A stretch of DNA of 64,000 nucleotides from Phyllosticta citribraziliensis. Its lineage: Eukaryota. The position numbers and the translations under genes were made by a program. The notes under the pieces were generated by a model that had not been told where the DNA came from, did not search any database, and worked only from the letters and a program-made list of their open reading frames with translations. Shown here one piece after another: positions 10,890-23,140 of the stretch (the first letter of the stretch is position 1; each line of letters begins with the position of its first letter). Location: NCBI RefSeq assembly GCF_038025025.1, contig NW_027117348.1, positions 1,116,001 through 1,180,000 on the forward strand. The letters are read 5' to 3'.

Positions 10890-12122
10890 GCTCGGACGGG
10901 ATCTCGTCACAGGGCGTAGGAATATGGGGGATTGGTGTGGAGGAGGGTCTCGTCGTCGTTGTCCCGATGGTAGCCGCGCAGTGTCGGGAGCAGATCGTGG
11001 GAGGGGAAGATGAATCGAGGGGAGGCCGCGGGTTATGGACGGTGGACTGGTGGGAAAAAAAGCGGCGCGAGGGCGCCCGGCAAATGTAGTAAGAGCGGAC
11101 CCGCCTCACGGGCTACGTTGGCCCCGTGGTTGGGCGTTGGTTGCCAGTCGGCCATGATTAAGCAACTCTGGTAAGGAAAAATGCCATCGCGCCGTTGTTC
11201 GTCGACACATCACCTTGCCACCATGGAAAATTTAGACGAAAGCCCAGGCCAGGTGGTGGTTTCATGTTACGTATTTTCGCCGTCAAGGCGCCAAAGGTCA
11301 GGGTCTCCGCTGCTGGGCGGGCAGACGTCTGCTCTGCGGCCGACGATGCGTGTCATTTTGCAAGTCGAGAATTGGCCGTGGTGTCTCGAAAAAGCCATCG
11401 GTTCGTGCCGAGCCTGTAGCGGGCCCCAAAGCCATCAAAAGCGTTGCGTCTGATTGGCGGGGAACCAAGGTACAATGGCCGTCGGCGAGGTTGCGATATC
11501 AACACTCGACATTCGCATGTGAAGCCGTCGACGCAGGTGCCATTTGGATTTGTGAGTCTGGTGAGCGGCGGCGTGATGTCTCCCGTCGAGGTGGCGGCGC
11601 GTCTGGCCCGGCTTCGGCGATTCCAAGCTCTTTCTGGGGGACGGCGAGCGAAAGTCGGCGGAAAGCGAGCAGGTGGCAGCGGGCGGTGATATATACTCGT
11701 CGACCGGGTGGCCAGACTCGAGGCCTATCTGCGGTGGTCGAGCAATTGTCGCGATAAGATGGGAATGACGGGAGTTCAGCGTCTAAGACTCGACGCGTCC
11801 AATCAGATGCTGCCGTAGTGCCGCGTCTCAGAGCTCTGGGAGCTGGCTGGAGCTTGGGCAACAACCAGTACGCCCTTCTCCACTCTGGCCAGCTACCCTA
11901 CCTTACCAGCTCCAGCTCGACCTCAGCTCTTTGCTCTCCTCCATCTCCACTCCATCCACTCCATCCACGCTGCCTCTCCATCTCGCTCGCTGTCTTGTGC
12001 GACCGGCCTGCCGTCCCCGCCGCCCCATTTATCCCCAAAAGCTTGTCTTGGTGTCCAAGAATAACCTCCCACAACACCATCCTCATCCGTCGGCCCCGCA
12101 ATCCACCTCTTCACAATCCACC

Positions 12123-13009
12123 ATGGTCGAGCTTCGCAAGCGCAAGACACCTCCTCCGGCCCCCGAGAAACCCAACAAGAAGAAGCCTGGTCCCAAGACG
12201 GCCGCAAAAGGTAGCAAAGCCAAGCCGGCCGCCGCACCAGAGCCCGTCGACAACACGCCAGCTCCCAAGGTCGAGCCGGCCAAGGAGAGCAACGCGACGG
12301 CCACCAATGGGGCCAAGAGCAGCGGAAAGCCCGAGGTGGGCAAGACGATTGAGCTCGAGGGGTTTGGCGGCGAAATCGAGACCAACGACGGCGACAAGAC
12401 GACGCTGAAGCAGCTGGCCGACGACTCCAAGGCCGGCGTCGTCCTCTTCACCTACCCCAAGGCCTCGACGCCCGGCTGTGAGTTGCCCTCCATCGCGTCA
12501 TCGCACATGCGCGAGACGCAGTGTCACCAGCGTCCAGCGCCCCACATCCTCCGCCCCCATCCGAGCTCCATTCACTCCCCACCACTCCATCAACTAACAT
12601 GGCCACAGGCACCAAGCAAGCGTGTCTCTTCCGCGACGCGTACGCGCCCCTGACCGCAACCGGCCTCGCCATCTACGGCCTCAGCGCCGACTCGCCCAAA
12701 TCCAACACCACCTTCAAAACCAAGCAAAACCTGCCGTACCCGCTGCTCTGCGACCCGTCCTTCTCGCTGATCAAGGCCATCGGCCTCGCCAAGCCCGGCA
12801 ACGCCAAGGGCACCGTGCGCGGCGTCTTCGTCGTCGACAAGGCCGGCAAGGTGCTGGCCGCTGAGGCGGGCGGGCCCGACGCGACGGTCGAGGTTGTGCG
12901 CAAGATTGTCGGCGCGGGCGACGCTGCTGGCGACGCCGACGGCGACGACAAGGCGGCCGAGAAGGAGGGCAACGGGGAGGACGTCAAGGCCGATGGCGAG
13001 GCCAAGTAA
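12123..13009 (+). CDS. DOT5: Nuclear BCP/PrxQ-type peroxiredoxin
   Basis: Lys-rich N-terminus MVELRKRK; active site FTYPKASTPGC|TKQACLFRD split by intron 12478-12608; YGLSADS and LLCDP motifs. Confidence 0.9.
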
Positions 13010-13538
13010 CGTCCGTCTTTTAATCTTTCCTTCCGTCCTTTCCTACCTTCAGTCATTATCTTGGATTTCAGTCTCCTTATTGGATCAAGCTACGCTACGC
13101 CGGGAAGAAAAAAAGGCCGCGACGACGTCGTTGATGACGAGTACAGTTCAGGGCTGCTATGGTTGTCTATGGGTATCCTTTTTGTGAGCGTGCGCCGGCC
13201 GCAACAAGTGGGCAGACAGATAGGGAGGGCCACGAAAAATGTTGGAGCAGCCAGCCAATACGATGCGCTTCGAATGAATTATTGCCCTTTCTCATCCTGA
13301 CTCGTCACGTCCAACGGTGCCTCACGATAGACTCGTCGGCAGGGCATCCTTGTCTGTCATTCGTTGCTATTTTAAAAACACATTTCGCCAACCATCAACA
13401 TGCCACCACAAATGGAAAACAAATCGTCAGTCATCATGTCATAACTCGTACAAAGGCAAAAGATCAAAGAAAAGATGCAGACGTGAATCAATTAATCAGC
13501 CCCCCAACTCATCCCATTAGCATTAAACCGCACGAAGA

Positions 13539-16183
13539 CTACTTCCGCCCCGCGCCCGTACTCCTACTCCTCTCGCGCCCCACGTCGACCAACTGCTTCG
13601 CCGTCCCCGTCCGTTCCTCATACAGCTTCCGCAAATCGTCGACGCTCTTCTTCTTCAGATCGAGCTTGCGCACCGGGTCCGCGGGGATGGGCGGCGGCGT
13701 CTGGAAGCTCGGCATGCGGCGGAGCAGGCCCTCGCTGACGCGGAGGGGCTTGGCAATCGCATCGTTGGAGGCGTTGGCCGGCAGCGGGCGAGCGGGCGGC
13801 GCGCCGGGGGGCTGGGCGGATGGGTGCGCCGTTTGGTAGACGGGACGCGCGAGCGACGAGATGTTGGGCCCGCGGGAGCGCGAGCGCGTCCGTTGCGCGC
13901 TGCTGTTGGAGGCGCGTGCGTCGTCGAAAAGTGATTCGTGGGATAGCGAGGCAGAGGTGGTGGGAGAGGTGGAAAGGTCGAGACGGCGGAAATCGACGTC
14001 GGGGGATAGGGAATGGCTGTCGGTCGTGAGGGGGGTGTTGAGACCGGAGGTGGCGAGAAGAGATCCGCTCGAACCGGATCCCGATCGCAAAGGTTTTCTA
14101 TTAATGCCGTCGCCAGGGCCAGCGGCGATGATGTCGGCCAGCCCGGGGGGGCCTCTGACCTTGCCGTCAAATTGTTTTACAGCAGCCTCTTGTTGCTTGC
14201 GCAGACTCGGAAAGGCTTGGATGACGGGCTCAGGTTTCAGGCTACTCTGTTCCAGTGTCAGGGATGGATGATTGGGAACAATGGGAGGTAAAAGACCTTT
14301 GACACCCCGTCCCTCCAGATCTTTGTCGTCCGCAAAGGGATTCCGAGGCGCGAATCCATCCGTAGTAGCGGCGTGAGTCACGGGAGACGTAGCTGGTGCG
14401 CCTCCCGCTTCTTGTGCGAGAATGCTCGAGTATCGTGGAGGAACTTGAACGGATGGAGCTGGTTTCCTCTTGAAATGCGAATCATCGCTACCAACTGGAC
14501 TGATTGGCGTTTGGGAAGTCGAGGTGGAAGGACGGGGAGGCAGCGCAGGAGGATCATTGTCTTGGAGAATGATGCCCGAACATTGCCTTTCCGAATCGGC
14601 AAATCCAGCATCCTCTTCCGATGGCGATTCAACCGTAAAGTCCTCAGACTGGGGACGTGGCTTTCTAGTCACCTCGAGCGGATCTTCATACTCCTCGGGG
14701 TTGGACGGTGCTCGCAATTCCAGCCAAAAGGTACCGCTGGCAACGCCACAGGCCTCGCGAAGGCCATTCTCCCACATCTCAATGGCCTCTTGAAGCACGC
14801 GCCTGACAATGGTTGACATTTTCGCATCCTCAATCTGATCCGGCCCACAAACGAGCGTCGGCGCAAAGCACACGGCCAAGTTTTCGGCATTCATCTTGTT
14901 TTCCTTTTGATGCTCCGTCACCGTGCTCAGCATGGGCAACAAGTGTCGCACGAGTATGGCGCGTGACACTGCGGGAATCGCCGACCATTCCGACTTGGGG
15001 GATATGAGCTCGATAAGCTGGTCCAACGAGGGGACATCGTCTGGGCTGCCAAACAGCTTTCGCAACTCTCGATACGAGGTTTGCGGGAAGATTGGCGTGC
15101 GCAATTCAGCATACCAAGTCTTGATCAGACCCGCGGCCATGTAGACTCCATATGCATCCTTGACGTCAACCTCGTTGATTACGGCCTCGGGATTATCGGC
15201 ATGGTCGTAGTGCGGAACCGGCAGAGTAACGCCGTTATCTTTCCAAATGATGAATTTCTGGCCGCGGTCGTATGCCTCCTTGAGCACATCCTTCAGACGC
15301 GAATGCGGCGGTATCCGAAACAGCCCTTCAGTCTTGATATTTTGGTCCATGAGCAAGAAGAGGCTAGTCTCCCTCAGAACCCGGGGGAGACGCGTCTCTC
15401 CCTTGGCATTCATGGGAAACGGCTGGGCCACGGAAAATGCCCGCCTGCCGCTGGCGTAGGGGACGTAAATGTCTGGCGAAAGGCGCCGATCGTGGAGATA
15501 GGCAGAGGGGGGTATCATGAGGTTCTCGACGGGGATGTGAAGAGCAAGCTGGGTCAACGTGGAGACTGCAAGGTCAGCATCTCTCACTAGCCGCGATCGA
15601 CGGACTCACCATGGACAATCTTTCTCCGAAACTTGGGGCTCACAATGGACGAAAACATCTCGACCAGTATCCTCACCCAGCTTCTCTCGTGAACAATGTA
15701 GAGCTTTTGCAGCCTCTTGCGCATGGCCCGACTAAGGACATGGTAGGCCTGTATGAACCATCCCCAGCCAGGGCGATTCTTCTTTGACCCCGCAGACCTC
15801 TCTGCATCCCCACCAGCAAAGAAGATGACTTCGTACTCGGTTCCGCTCAAGAGTTCTTCTTCTCCGGGCAGCCGTGCCAGGACATAGGGCAACAGGGCGT
15901 CAAAGTCGACTTCGTCGGTGTCGGGGAGGGCGGCAGCGTTGAGGATGTAGACGGCGAGGCCTGACTGCGAAGGAATCGGCGAGCGATAGAGGATGCTGGC
16001 GGCATGCTTGGCCAGTTCTGGGTCGTAATCGACCGAGTTTCGCGGCGGAGGGACGGCGGAGAGCGACGAACTGCGCAAGCGCGTAGCTCGCTGGGCGAGT
16101 TGGGCCCTCATGGCCTTGCCTTGGATCGTCAGCTTGCGACGCACGCCCATGGCGGAGGACGAGTGGTCGTCGGAGGGCTTCAT
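13539..16183 (-). CDS. ECM25: CRAL-TRIO (BNIP-2/Cdc42GAP-like) plus RhoGAP protein, Ecm25-like; start codon uncertain (16183, 16150 or 16111)
   Basis: RKRLQKLYIVH..SPKFRRKIVH (CRAL-TRIO-like); EGLFRIPP arginine finger and NKMNAENLAVCFAPTL (RhoGAP); intron near 15565-15610; long Pro/Ser-rich tail. Confidence 0.82.
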
Positions 16184-16592
16184 GGTGGATGTAGAGGAGA
16201 GGCGGAGTCAAGGGCGGGTGGTCGGGACACAACACTCACTGCTTGGCCGCTGGTGCGAGATACGTCAACAGAGGTTGGAGGCTTGGGTATCCCTGCTTGA
16301 TGGCGTAGGGGAGGCGTATTGAAAGACGCAACAAAGGCCGGCCTGCCGCAGAGGGGATGGAAAGAGACGGAACGCAGATCAGAGCAGCGCTGCGTCCAGA
16401 GTCTGATTATGTTCCATCAAGGTCACGGTGGTGTCGAGTTGTCTCGTCGGGGTGCTGTTGGAATGCGAATGCAGCCCTCTGCCCTACGATCCGCGCCGAG
16501 AAACTTTAGCCGACTGTCAGGGTCCCATCACCCTACAGCCTCCACATTCCTTTGCTCCACCACTCTACTTATGTACACGATGCAGCTCAGCC

Positions 16593-18674
16593 TCACCTCC
16601 CGGCATCCTCGTCACGGACGCCCTCGTGCCCGCCCTCCTCGTGCCCGCCCTCGTCACGGACGCCCTCATCCCCTTCCAACTGTAGCTCTGCTTCCGCTTG
16701 CTCAACTTCGCCCAATGCCTCCAAAGCACCCTGAAGATTTTCAAACCTCTGCGCTCTCGCCCAGATTTCTTGAAACGAAAGACCAGTTTCCCGCATGCGA
16801 TCAACTACTTCTTGGTTTTGCAAGTCTGGCTCCAGCCGTCCCTGTTCTCCCTGTTCGGGTGCCCGGAACCACGGCACCAAGCTTTCAAAGAATGCGCGCA
16901 AGTTGCCATGCTCCTCTCTCAGCTCGGCTTCCAACTGCTGAGGCTCATACACGGGGATTCGCCTGCCAATTGTCGGAGTTGCGTCGTAAGACGGCAGATT
17001 GTCTTCTGGAGGTAGTGGATCAGACGTCGACTGCACCTGTGCCGAGAGTGTTCGAGGAACTGCACTAATGAGAGCTGGGTTTTCGGTAAGGATGGTGTGA
17101 CGTGCCACGTCGCGCGTAATGGGTAGGTCGGCAGATTCCTTTGGTGGAGAAGTGTATACAGCTGATGCCACCTCAACGAGCAGGGACTTGGCTTCCGCCG
17201 TGTTCCAAAGATCCTTGGCCCGTATGACGTAAAGCTCAGTCAAGAGGTGCTCATACGGAGAGCGAGGCTGTTTGCCCCAAATGCCCGGCGGGGTATCATT
17301 CATCTCCAACTCTTGAAACAAACGGGCCGCTAGCCAAGGATAACGGCCGACTGCTGTGAAGAGTGCTTGTCGTCCTTGGCCCATTTGGGAAGTTTGGACA
17401 AAAGCTAAACTGCTCGTCATGTCTATATTTGGGAGACCATTCCATCGTGTCTTGAAAAAGTCACTTTGAGCCAAGGTCAAAAAGTCTTGTTGTTGTCGTC
17501 CACGAATGGCGAATTGATCAATGACCAGTCGGACACAGTAGGGATCGTTTTCGGGGTCGAGGCTGAGCAGTAATTTGGCCCACTCATACACTGTCCGCCA
17601 TGTTGAACGCATTCCCAAGTTTGCAATGTAGCGCCACGCCGCCAGCCAAAACTCGCGATTTTCCGGTCTCCGAAAATCCATCCGAGCTTTTCCTTGGGAG
17701 ATGTTTGTTGCGAATGTCGAATGTACCGATCTGCCAAAGGAGAATAGTGCGCGTTCGAGGAGTTCGCCAGATGTCGCGTGGTCCCGCTCTTGCTTGGCAA
17801 TTTCTGATACTTGGAGAAGCGTGGAAATATGGTAGGCTGGACATGTTAGAAATGCATTTAAACAATCGATAGACTTACGATTGAATTGCAACAGCTGGAC
17901 GAGGCGCTGAGGATCCATGGATGCCACGCAAGTCTCGAACTGTCTTTGAACATCCTGATATGCCCTGCTGTGAGCATATCGATACTCCACAGAACCATCG
18001 GCGCGCTTTTCCACAACCTCCATGCTCAGTCCACCGCTTGTTGCTCGCGGCCACTCTTCGTTGCCCTGGACAAAAATGTTTCGCCGCAGTCCCAACGAAG
18101 CGAGTCCACCACGGGCATTGCGCCCAGCGACAGCATTTGCCAACCCCATCTGAGGACCTCTGCCGCGTTGACGCCCAGCAGGTTCTTCCGTATCCCTCTC
18201 CAGCGCCGCGCGGCCAAATAGCTTGCGCATTTCATTTTGTGCATGAAGACTCTGCGAATCGATCGAGAGAAGGCGGAAAAGCTCTTGAGATGCCGGGTCT
18301 TGCTGTGGTTCATCTGATGTCTGCTTCGGTTCGGTAACGGAGAGCGATTGGAGAGCGCGGTCAATCTCGTCCATGGTCGAAGGAGTCTCGTCGGCAGTCT
18401 TGCCACCTTTGGCTTTCTTCTTCTTCTTTTTCTTCTTCGAGGTAGATGCTTTGGGCTTTGGAGTCTCCTCTTCGCTTTCTTTCTGGGGGTCCTCGCCTTC
18501 TTTCTTGGGATCCTCCTCCTCCTCCTCATCCTCATCCTCCCCACCTAGCATGGCAAACATGCTGGCCTTGGGTTGTACGACTTCCTCTTCGGATTCATCG
18601 TCTGCAGCGAGGTCCTCGAGACGTTTCTTTTCTTCGAGCTCGCGTTGAGCTTTTCGTAGCGCGCGTGTCGACAT
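16593..18674 (-). CDS. RQC1: Ribosome quality control subunit Rqc1 (TCF25/Nulp1 family)
   Basis: MSTRALRK start, poly-K tract, PYHISTLLQVSE, LLERALF, RPENREFW and EWAKLLLSLDP; 42-nt intron 17837-17878. Confidence 0.9.
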   Translation of the reverse strand: MSTRALRKAQRELEEKKRLEDLAADDESEEEVVQPKASMFAMLGGEDEDEEEEEDPKKEGEDPQKESEEETPKPKASTSKKKKKKKKAKGGKTADETPSTMDEIDRALQSLSVTEPKQTSDEPQQDPASQELFRLLSIDSQSLHAQNEMRKLFGRAALERDTEEPAGRQRGRGPQMGLANAVAGRNARGGLASLGLRRNIFVQGNEEWPRATSGGLSMEVVEKRADGSVEYRYAHSRAYQDVQRQFETCVASMDPQRLVQLLQFNRKSIDCLNAFLTCPAYHISTLLQVSEIAKQERDHATSGELLERALFSFGRSVHSTFATNISQGKARMDFRRPENREFWLAAWRYIANLGMRSTWRTVYEWAKLLLSLDPENDPYCVRLVIDQFAIRGRQQQDFLTLAQSDFFKTRWNGLPNIDMTSSLAFVQTSQMGQGRQALFTAVGRYPWLAARLFQELEMNDTPPGIWGKQPRSPYEHLLTELYVIRAKDLWNTAEAKSLLVEVASAVYTSPPKESADLPITRDVARHTILTENPALISAVPRTLSAQVQSTSDPLPPEDNLPSYDATPTIGRRIPVYEPQQLEAELREEHGNLRAFFESLVPWFRAPEQGEQGRLEPDLQNQEVVDRMRETGLSFQEIWARAQRFENLQGALEALGEVEQAEAELQLEGDEGVRDEGGHEEGGHEGVRDEDAGR

Positions 18675-18878
18675 GGTGGTTGTAAAAGTTTCCCGACCAG
18701 AGTGGCAGAAACAATGACGCGGGGCATTGCTACGGCCCGACCAAGTGGGCGCCGATAAGCGACAGGCCTGGCTCAGATCACATCGGGGCGGGCCTCAACA
18801 CCAAACGCATCGCTAACCTCGGGCCTCTCCTCCACACCGGCAGCCTCCTGACCTCCACTCCACGCACCGGGCTTCCAA

Positions 18879-20780
18879 ATGCGTCGAGCAGCCCTTCAAG
18901 CGTGCCGCTCTGTGCGTCGCCCGGTGTTTCGCAAATCCATCCGTCCTCCCATCAGCCATGCGTTAGGACCCCGGTCAAGGAACCAACGGACCACCCATCA
19001 GGTATTGCACTCTTCAATGCAATTACGGACTTTTACATATGCACTGGTCTCCACGGCTGTGGCCACGGGTGCTTACTTCGCCTACCGCGGTGATTCACAG
19101 AGTCCTCTCGAAAACACTCCAGTATCATCCGTGTCTGCGGGACACAGCCCAGGATATACCCCATCGAATGTCTATTCCTCGGCAGCGGCCAGACCAACGA
19201 CTCAACCCGAAGTAGAAGACGCCGGCTCCAAGGTCCTCGTCATTGCTCAAGGAGAAGTCTTTACTGGCACACTCCCTTCCAACGCCCCTCTCTCCAAGGC
19301 CACGGACGATCAAGGTCGCAAGGTCGTCGAAATGTTGACTCCGGAGCAAGCAACCCAAAAGTTGAGGAGGAATGAAGAATCTTGGCTGGTCGGTAGGGGC
19401 AAGGGAGTCGTCCGCTACGATGTCGTACAAATCCCCAGCAACGATCCGATTGAGGACGACCACGCCGAAAAGATTATCGAGGTCCCACAAAGCGTGGCCT
19501 TGACCGAAGATGGCGCAAACAGCAGCGATTGGATGTTTTGGGGTGTTTTTGACGGACACAGGTAGGATCCTCAACCTTGCTGATGTCTGGTACTGACGGT
19601 CAAAGTGGATGGATTACCTCTGCAAAGCTCCGCAACTCCCTCATCTCCTTCGTTGCCCGCGAACTCAACACCACCTACAAGTCTGCCTCGGCCGATCCCT
19701 CGCTCAAACTCCCCTCGTCCGACTCCATCGACAAGGCCATCAAGACTGGATTTCTGCGCCTGGACAATGAGATTGTGAACGAGTCTGTTCAAAAGGTTCT
19801 CAAGGCTCAGTCTAAGCGTGTGGCGGCAGAGTTGTTGGCTCCTGCTCTCGCCGGCTCTTGTGGTCTTTTGTCGTTTTACGACAGTAACTCCAAACTTCTC
19901 AGGGTTGCCTGTACGGGCGACTCGCGGGCTGTGCTTGGAAGAAGAGGCGCCAATGGCAAGTGGACTGCCACGGCCCTGTCCGAGGACCAAACGGGTGGCA
20001 ATGAGAACGAAGCAGCTCGTCTTCGGAAAGAGCATCATGGTGAGCCAGACGTCACTAGAAACGGACGCATCCTCGGCGGCTTGGAACCATCCAGAGCTTT
20101 TGGCGATGCCATCTACAAGTGGAGCGTCGAGACGCAAAAGAAGATTCGAGAGGTCTACTTCGGACGGTCCCCTCCGCCGCTCCTCAGGACCCCGCCATAT
20201 GTGACTGCTGAGCCCGTCGTTACCACCACCAAGGTCGAGCCACAAAAGGGAGATTTTGTCGTCATGGCCACCGACGGTCTCTGGGAAATGCTTACGAATG
20301 AGGAAGTCGTTGGCTTGGTCGGTCAATGGTTGGAAGCGCAGGCAGAAAACAAAAACGGCCAAAGCACCGCCAACTCGTGGCTCAAGAGCTGGTTCAGCCA
20401 GCAAAAGGGACTTCCTGTTGACAAGAACGGCGCCGACACTGACAAGACTGGCCAGAGAGCACCAATCCGACAAAGACAGTGGGGCGTCAAGGGTTCGGAG
20501 GACGAGAGGTTCGTCGTTGAAGACAAGAACGCAGCAACCCATCTCGTGCGCAACGCTCTCGGCGGAAAGAATCAAGACCAGCTTTGCGCGCTCCTCACTC
20601 TTCCAAGCCCATTCTCTCGTCGTTACAGGCAAGTCACCTCCTTCACCGCCTGACCTTGCTAACTTGTTCAGGGATGATCTCACCGTCGAAGTCATCTTCT
20701 TTGGCGAGGGTGAAAACTCGGGCAGCGTCAAATTGAACCGCGACGCGTCGGCATCGCACGAAGTCAAGGCCAAGCTTTGA
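18879..20780 (+). CDS. PTC5: Mitochondrial PP2C (pyruvate dehydrogenase phosphatase)
   Basis: Arg-rich presequence; SNDPIEDD, WGVFDGHSGW, TGDSRAVLG, LEPSRAFGD, TPPYVTAEP, ATDGLWE and SRRYRDDLTV; two introns. Confidence 0.92.
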
Positions 20781-20962
20781 TTCACTTGTCGTATTAATTG
20801 TGTTATACCCAGCATGTAAAAGGAAGGAAGCGGCGTCAGTCCTCTGCATCTTGCACTGGAGTTGATCAAGGTCACGAAGAAATGACGGCCGAATGTAGCC
20901 ATAGACCGATGCGCATCTGCGATTCATGAATTGTGTAATTGATAGATTCCTTGAAGCTTGTG

Positions 20963-21595
20963 TCAAATGCTAGTGACGCCAGGAGCCCACGCCTCTCCAA
21001 TCCTCTTGACTTCATTGATGAACCACCGACTGGTGATTTGCGTCGACCCAACATTTTGCTCCGCATTGGCCGTTAGCGGAGAGTGTTGATCAGGGTCGTA
21101 AAAGGGGTTTCTCAAAAGACCAATGTAGGCCGACTGTAGAGCCTTGAAAGCCTATCACAGGTCAGCAGCCGTCAGATTTGTATTGTCAAAACTTACAGGC
21201 TTCAAATCGGCATCCCGCAAACCGACGATGGAAGTCTTGGGGTCGTTGGTCGTAGCCAGGCGGCCTTCCATGTCGACGACAATGACAAACTTGACGCCCG
21301 TGTTGGTCATCCAACCATACATGGCGAGGCGCTCGTCGACGGCTTGCAACAAGCCAAAGTCCTGTTCAGCCGTCTTGTGCGGCAGGCGTGCCTCAAAGAC
21401 ATCCAGAGATGACGAGAGCAGGAATGAAAACTCGAGCGCATCGCGAGCATCTGGTGGGAAGAGAGATATGTGGAGCGGATTGTTCTGGAGGACATGAGCA
21501 AGAAGCGAGGCTAGGCCTAGATGCGCGGATTGCTCTCGACGTACGTGTTTGCCAATGATGCCGACGCATGCTACTGCTGGCACTCGGGCGGCCAT
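20963..21595 (-). CDS. TCA17: TRAPP subunit, sedlin-like TRAPPC2L
   Basis: ACVGIIGK|NNPLHI, SSLDVFE, GLLQAVDERLAMYGWMTNTGVKFVIV and LLRNPFYDP; two introns. Confidence 0.85.
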
Positions 21596-21910
21596 GTCAA
21601 AGACCTGTTTACATGCGCTCGTGAAAGGTGAAGGGACGAGCGCTATCGAAGTGTTGGCATTTGTTAGACGCTGAATGTTCAGATGGTCAAGGATGGTGGT
21701 GGTCCAGGAGGTCAGTTGTTGAACGTCGGGGCTGACTCGGCGATGGCTCACCCTATCAGATCAGCTCAATATCGTCAATGTCATGACAGCCTACTCCACG
21801 TCCGTCCGCCACCCGTCTATCACCCGCACGTACATCCTCTCCGTAAACTCCCCCACAATCCATCATCTTTCGTCGTCCTCGTCGTCAACAACCCCATCAG
21901 GCCGACAGCA

Positions 21911-22901
21911 ATGTTGCCCTCGGCGAGAACAGCGGCTTCAATGGCGCTGCGCGGTACGCATCACTCCACTTCCCCGGAAGCTATATCCACCTCCTGCTTC
22001 CGCCACTCAACCCAATCATGTCACGCCCACTGACAATGGACATTAGCCAAGCCGACCTCTGCTCTCCTTCCATTCCGTCCTGCAGCCGCCGCCTGGATAT
22101 CGAGCTCGCGCAAGACCAAGGCTGCCTCGCAGACGCCGGGCATCGTCGCTGGTGGTCCGGGCACGCCCCCCGCAATGAAGAAGGCCAGAGTTGAAGTGCC
22201 GCTCCCCAGCCAAGAGGGCAACAAGGGACTCGTTCAATACGCGCTGTACGTCCAAGCCCAACACCAACGAAAGAGCAGCGAAGGATGCTACATTGAGACA
22301 ACATTGAGGCTACGCTGAGGCAACATTTGACCTATGTGACCTCCATTCGGCCAATAATTCGGCGGCAACATGTCCAGTGCGCCAGCTAACACGTCGCGCC
22401 ACAGTACGACGCTCGACCAAATCGCCAATTGGGGCCGTCAGTCGTCCCTCTGGCCCATGACGTTCGGCCTGGCCTGCTGCGCCATCGAAATGATGCACCT
22501 GTCGACTCCGCGCTACGACCAAGACCGGCTGGGAATCATTTTCCGCGCGTCGCCGCGCCAGTCGGACGTCATGATTGTGGCCGGCACCCTCACCAACAAG
22601 ATGGCGCCCGCCCTGCGCCAGGTCTACGACCAGATGCCCGACCCGCGCTGGGTCATTTCCATGGGCAGCTGCGCAAACGGCGGCGGCTACTACCACTACT
22701 CGTACAGCGTCACGAGGGGCTGCGACCGCATCGTTCCGGTCGACATTTACGTGCCCGGTTGCCCGCCGACTAGCGAGGCGCTCATGTACGGCATCTTCCA
22801 GCTGCAGAAGAAGATGAGGCACACCAAGGTACGTCCACAAATCCTCAATCCGCGACTTGCACTGACATGGGCAGATTACCCGCATGTGGTACAGGAAATA
22901 G
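21911..22901 (+). CDS. NDUFS7: Complex I 20-kDa/PSST Fe-S subunit
   Basis: [33 protein letters not shown] and [11 protein letters not shown]; final exon ITRMWYRK*; presequence exon from 21911. Confidence 0.96.
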
Positions 22902-23140
22902 ACGACACGATGGATTTGCGAGCGAGCGACCTTTTTTTCTTTCCGGCGGGAGTTTGGTGGCGTAGATTTCTTTTCCCTGGCTTCGCTGTATAAATTGGGG
23001 AGGGCCGCGACCATTCCCTCCCCGACTTTTCTTTTCCTCTTGACAACGTCCTCGATCTGGTCGTCCTTGTGAAACAATAGAGCAACGGACCATCTGCCTA
23101 GAATTTACAAATTGTTTTCTCGTCTTGTGTGTCTGCCATC

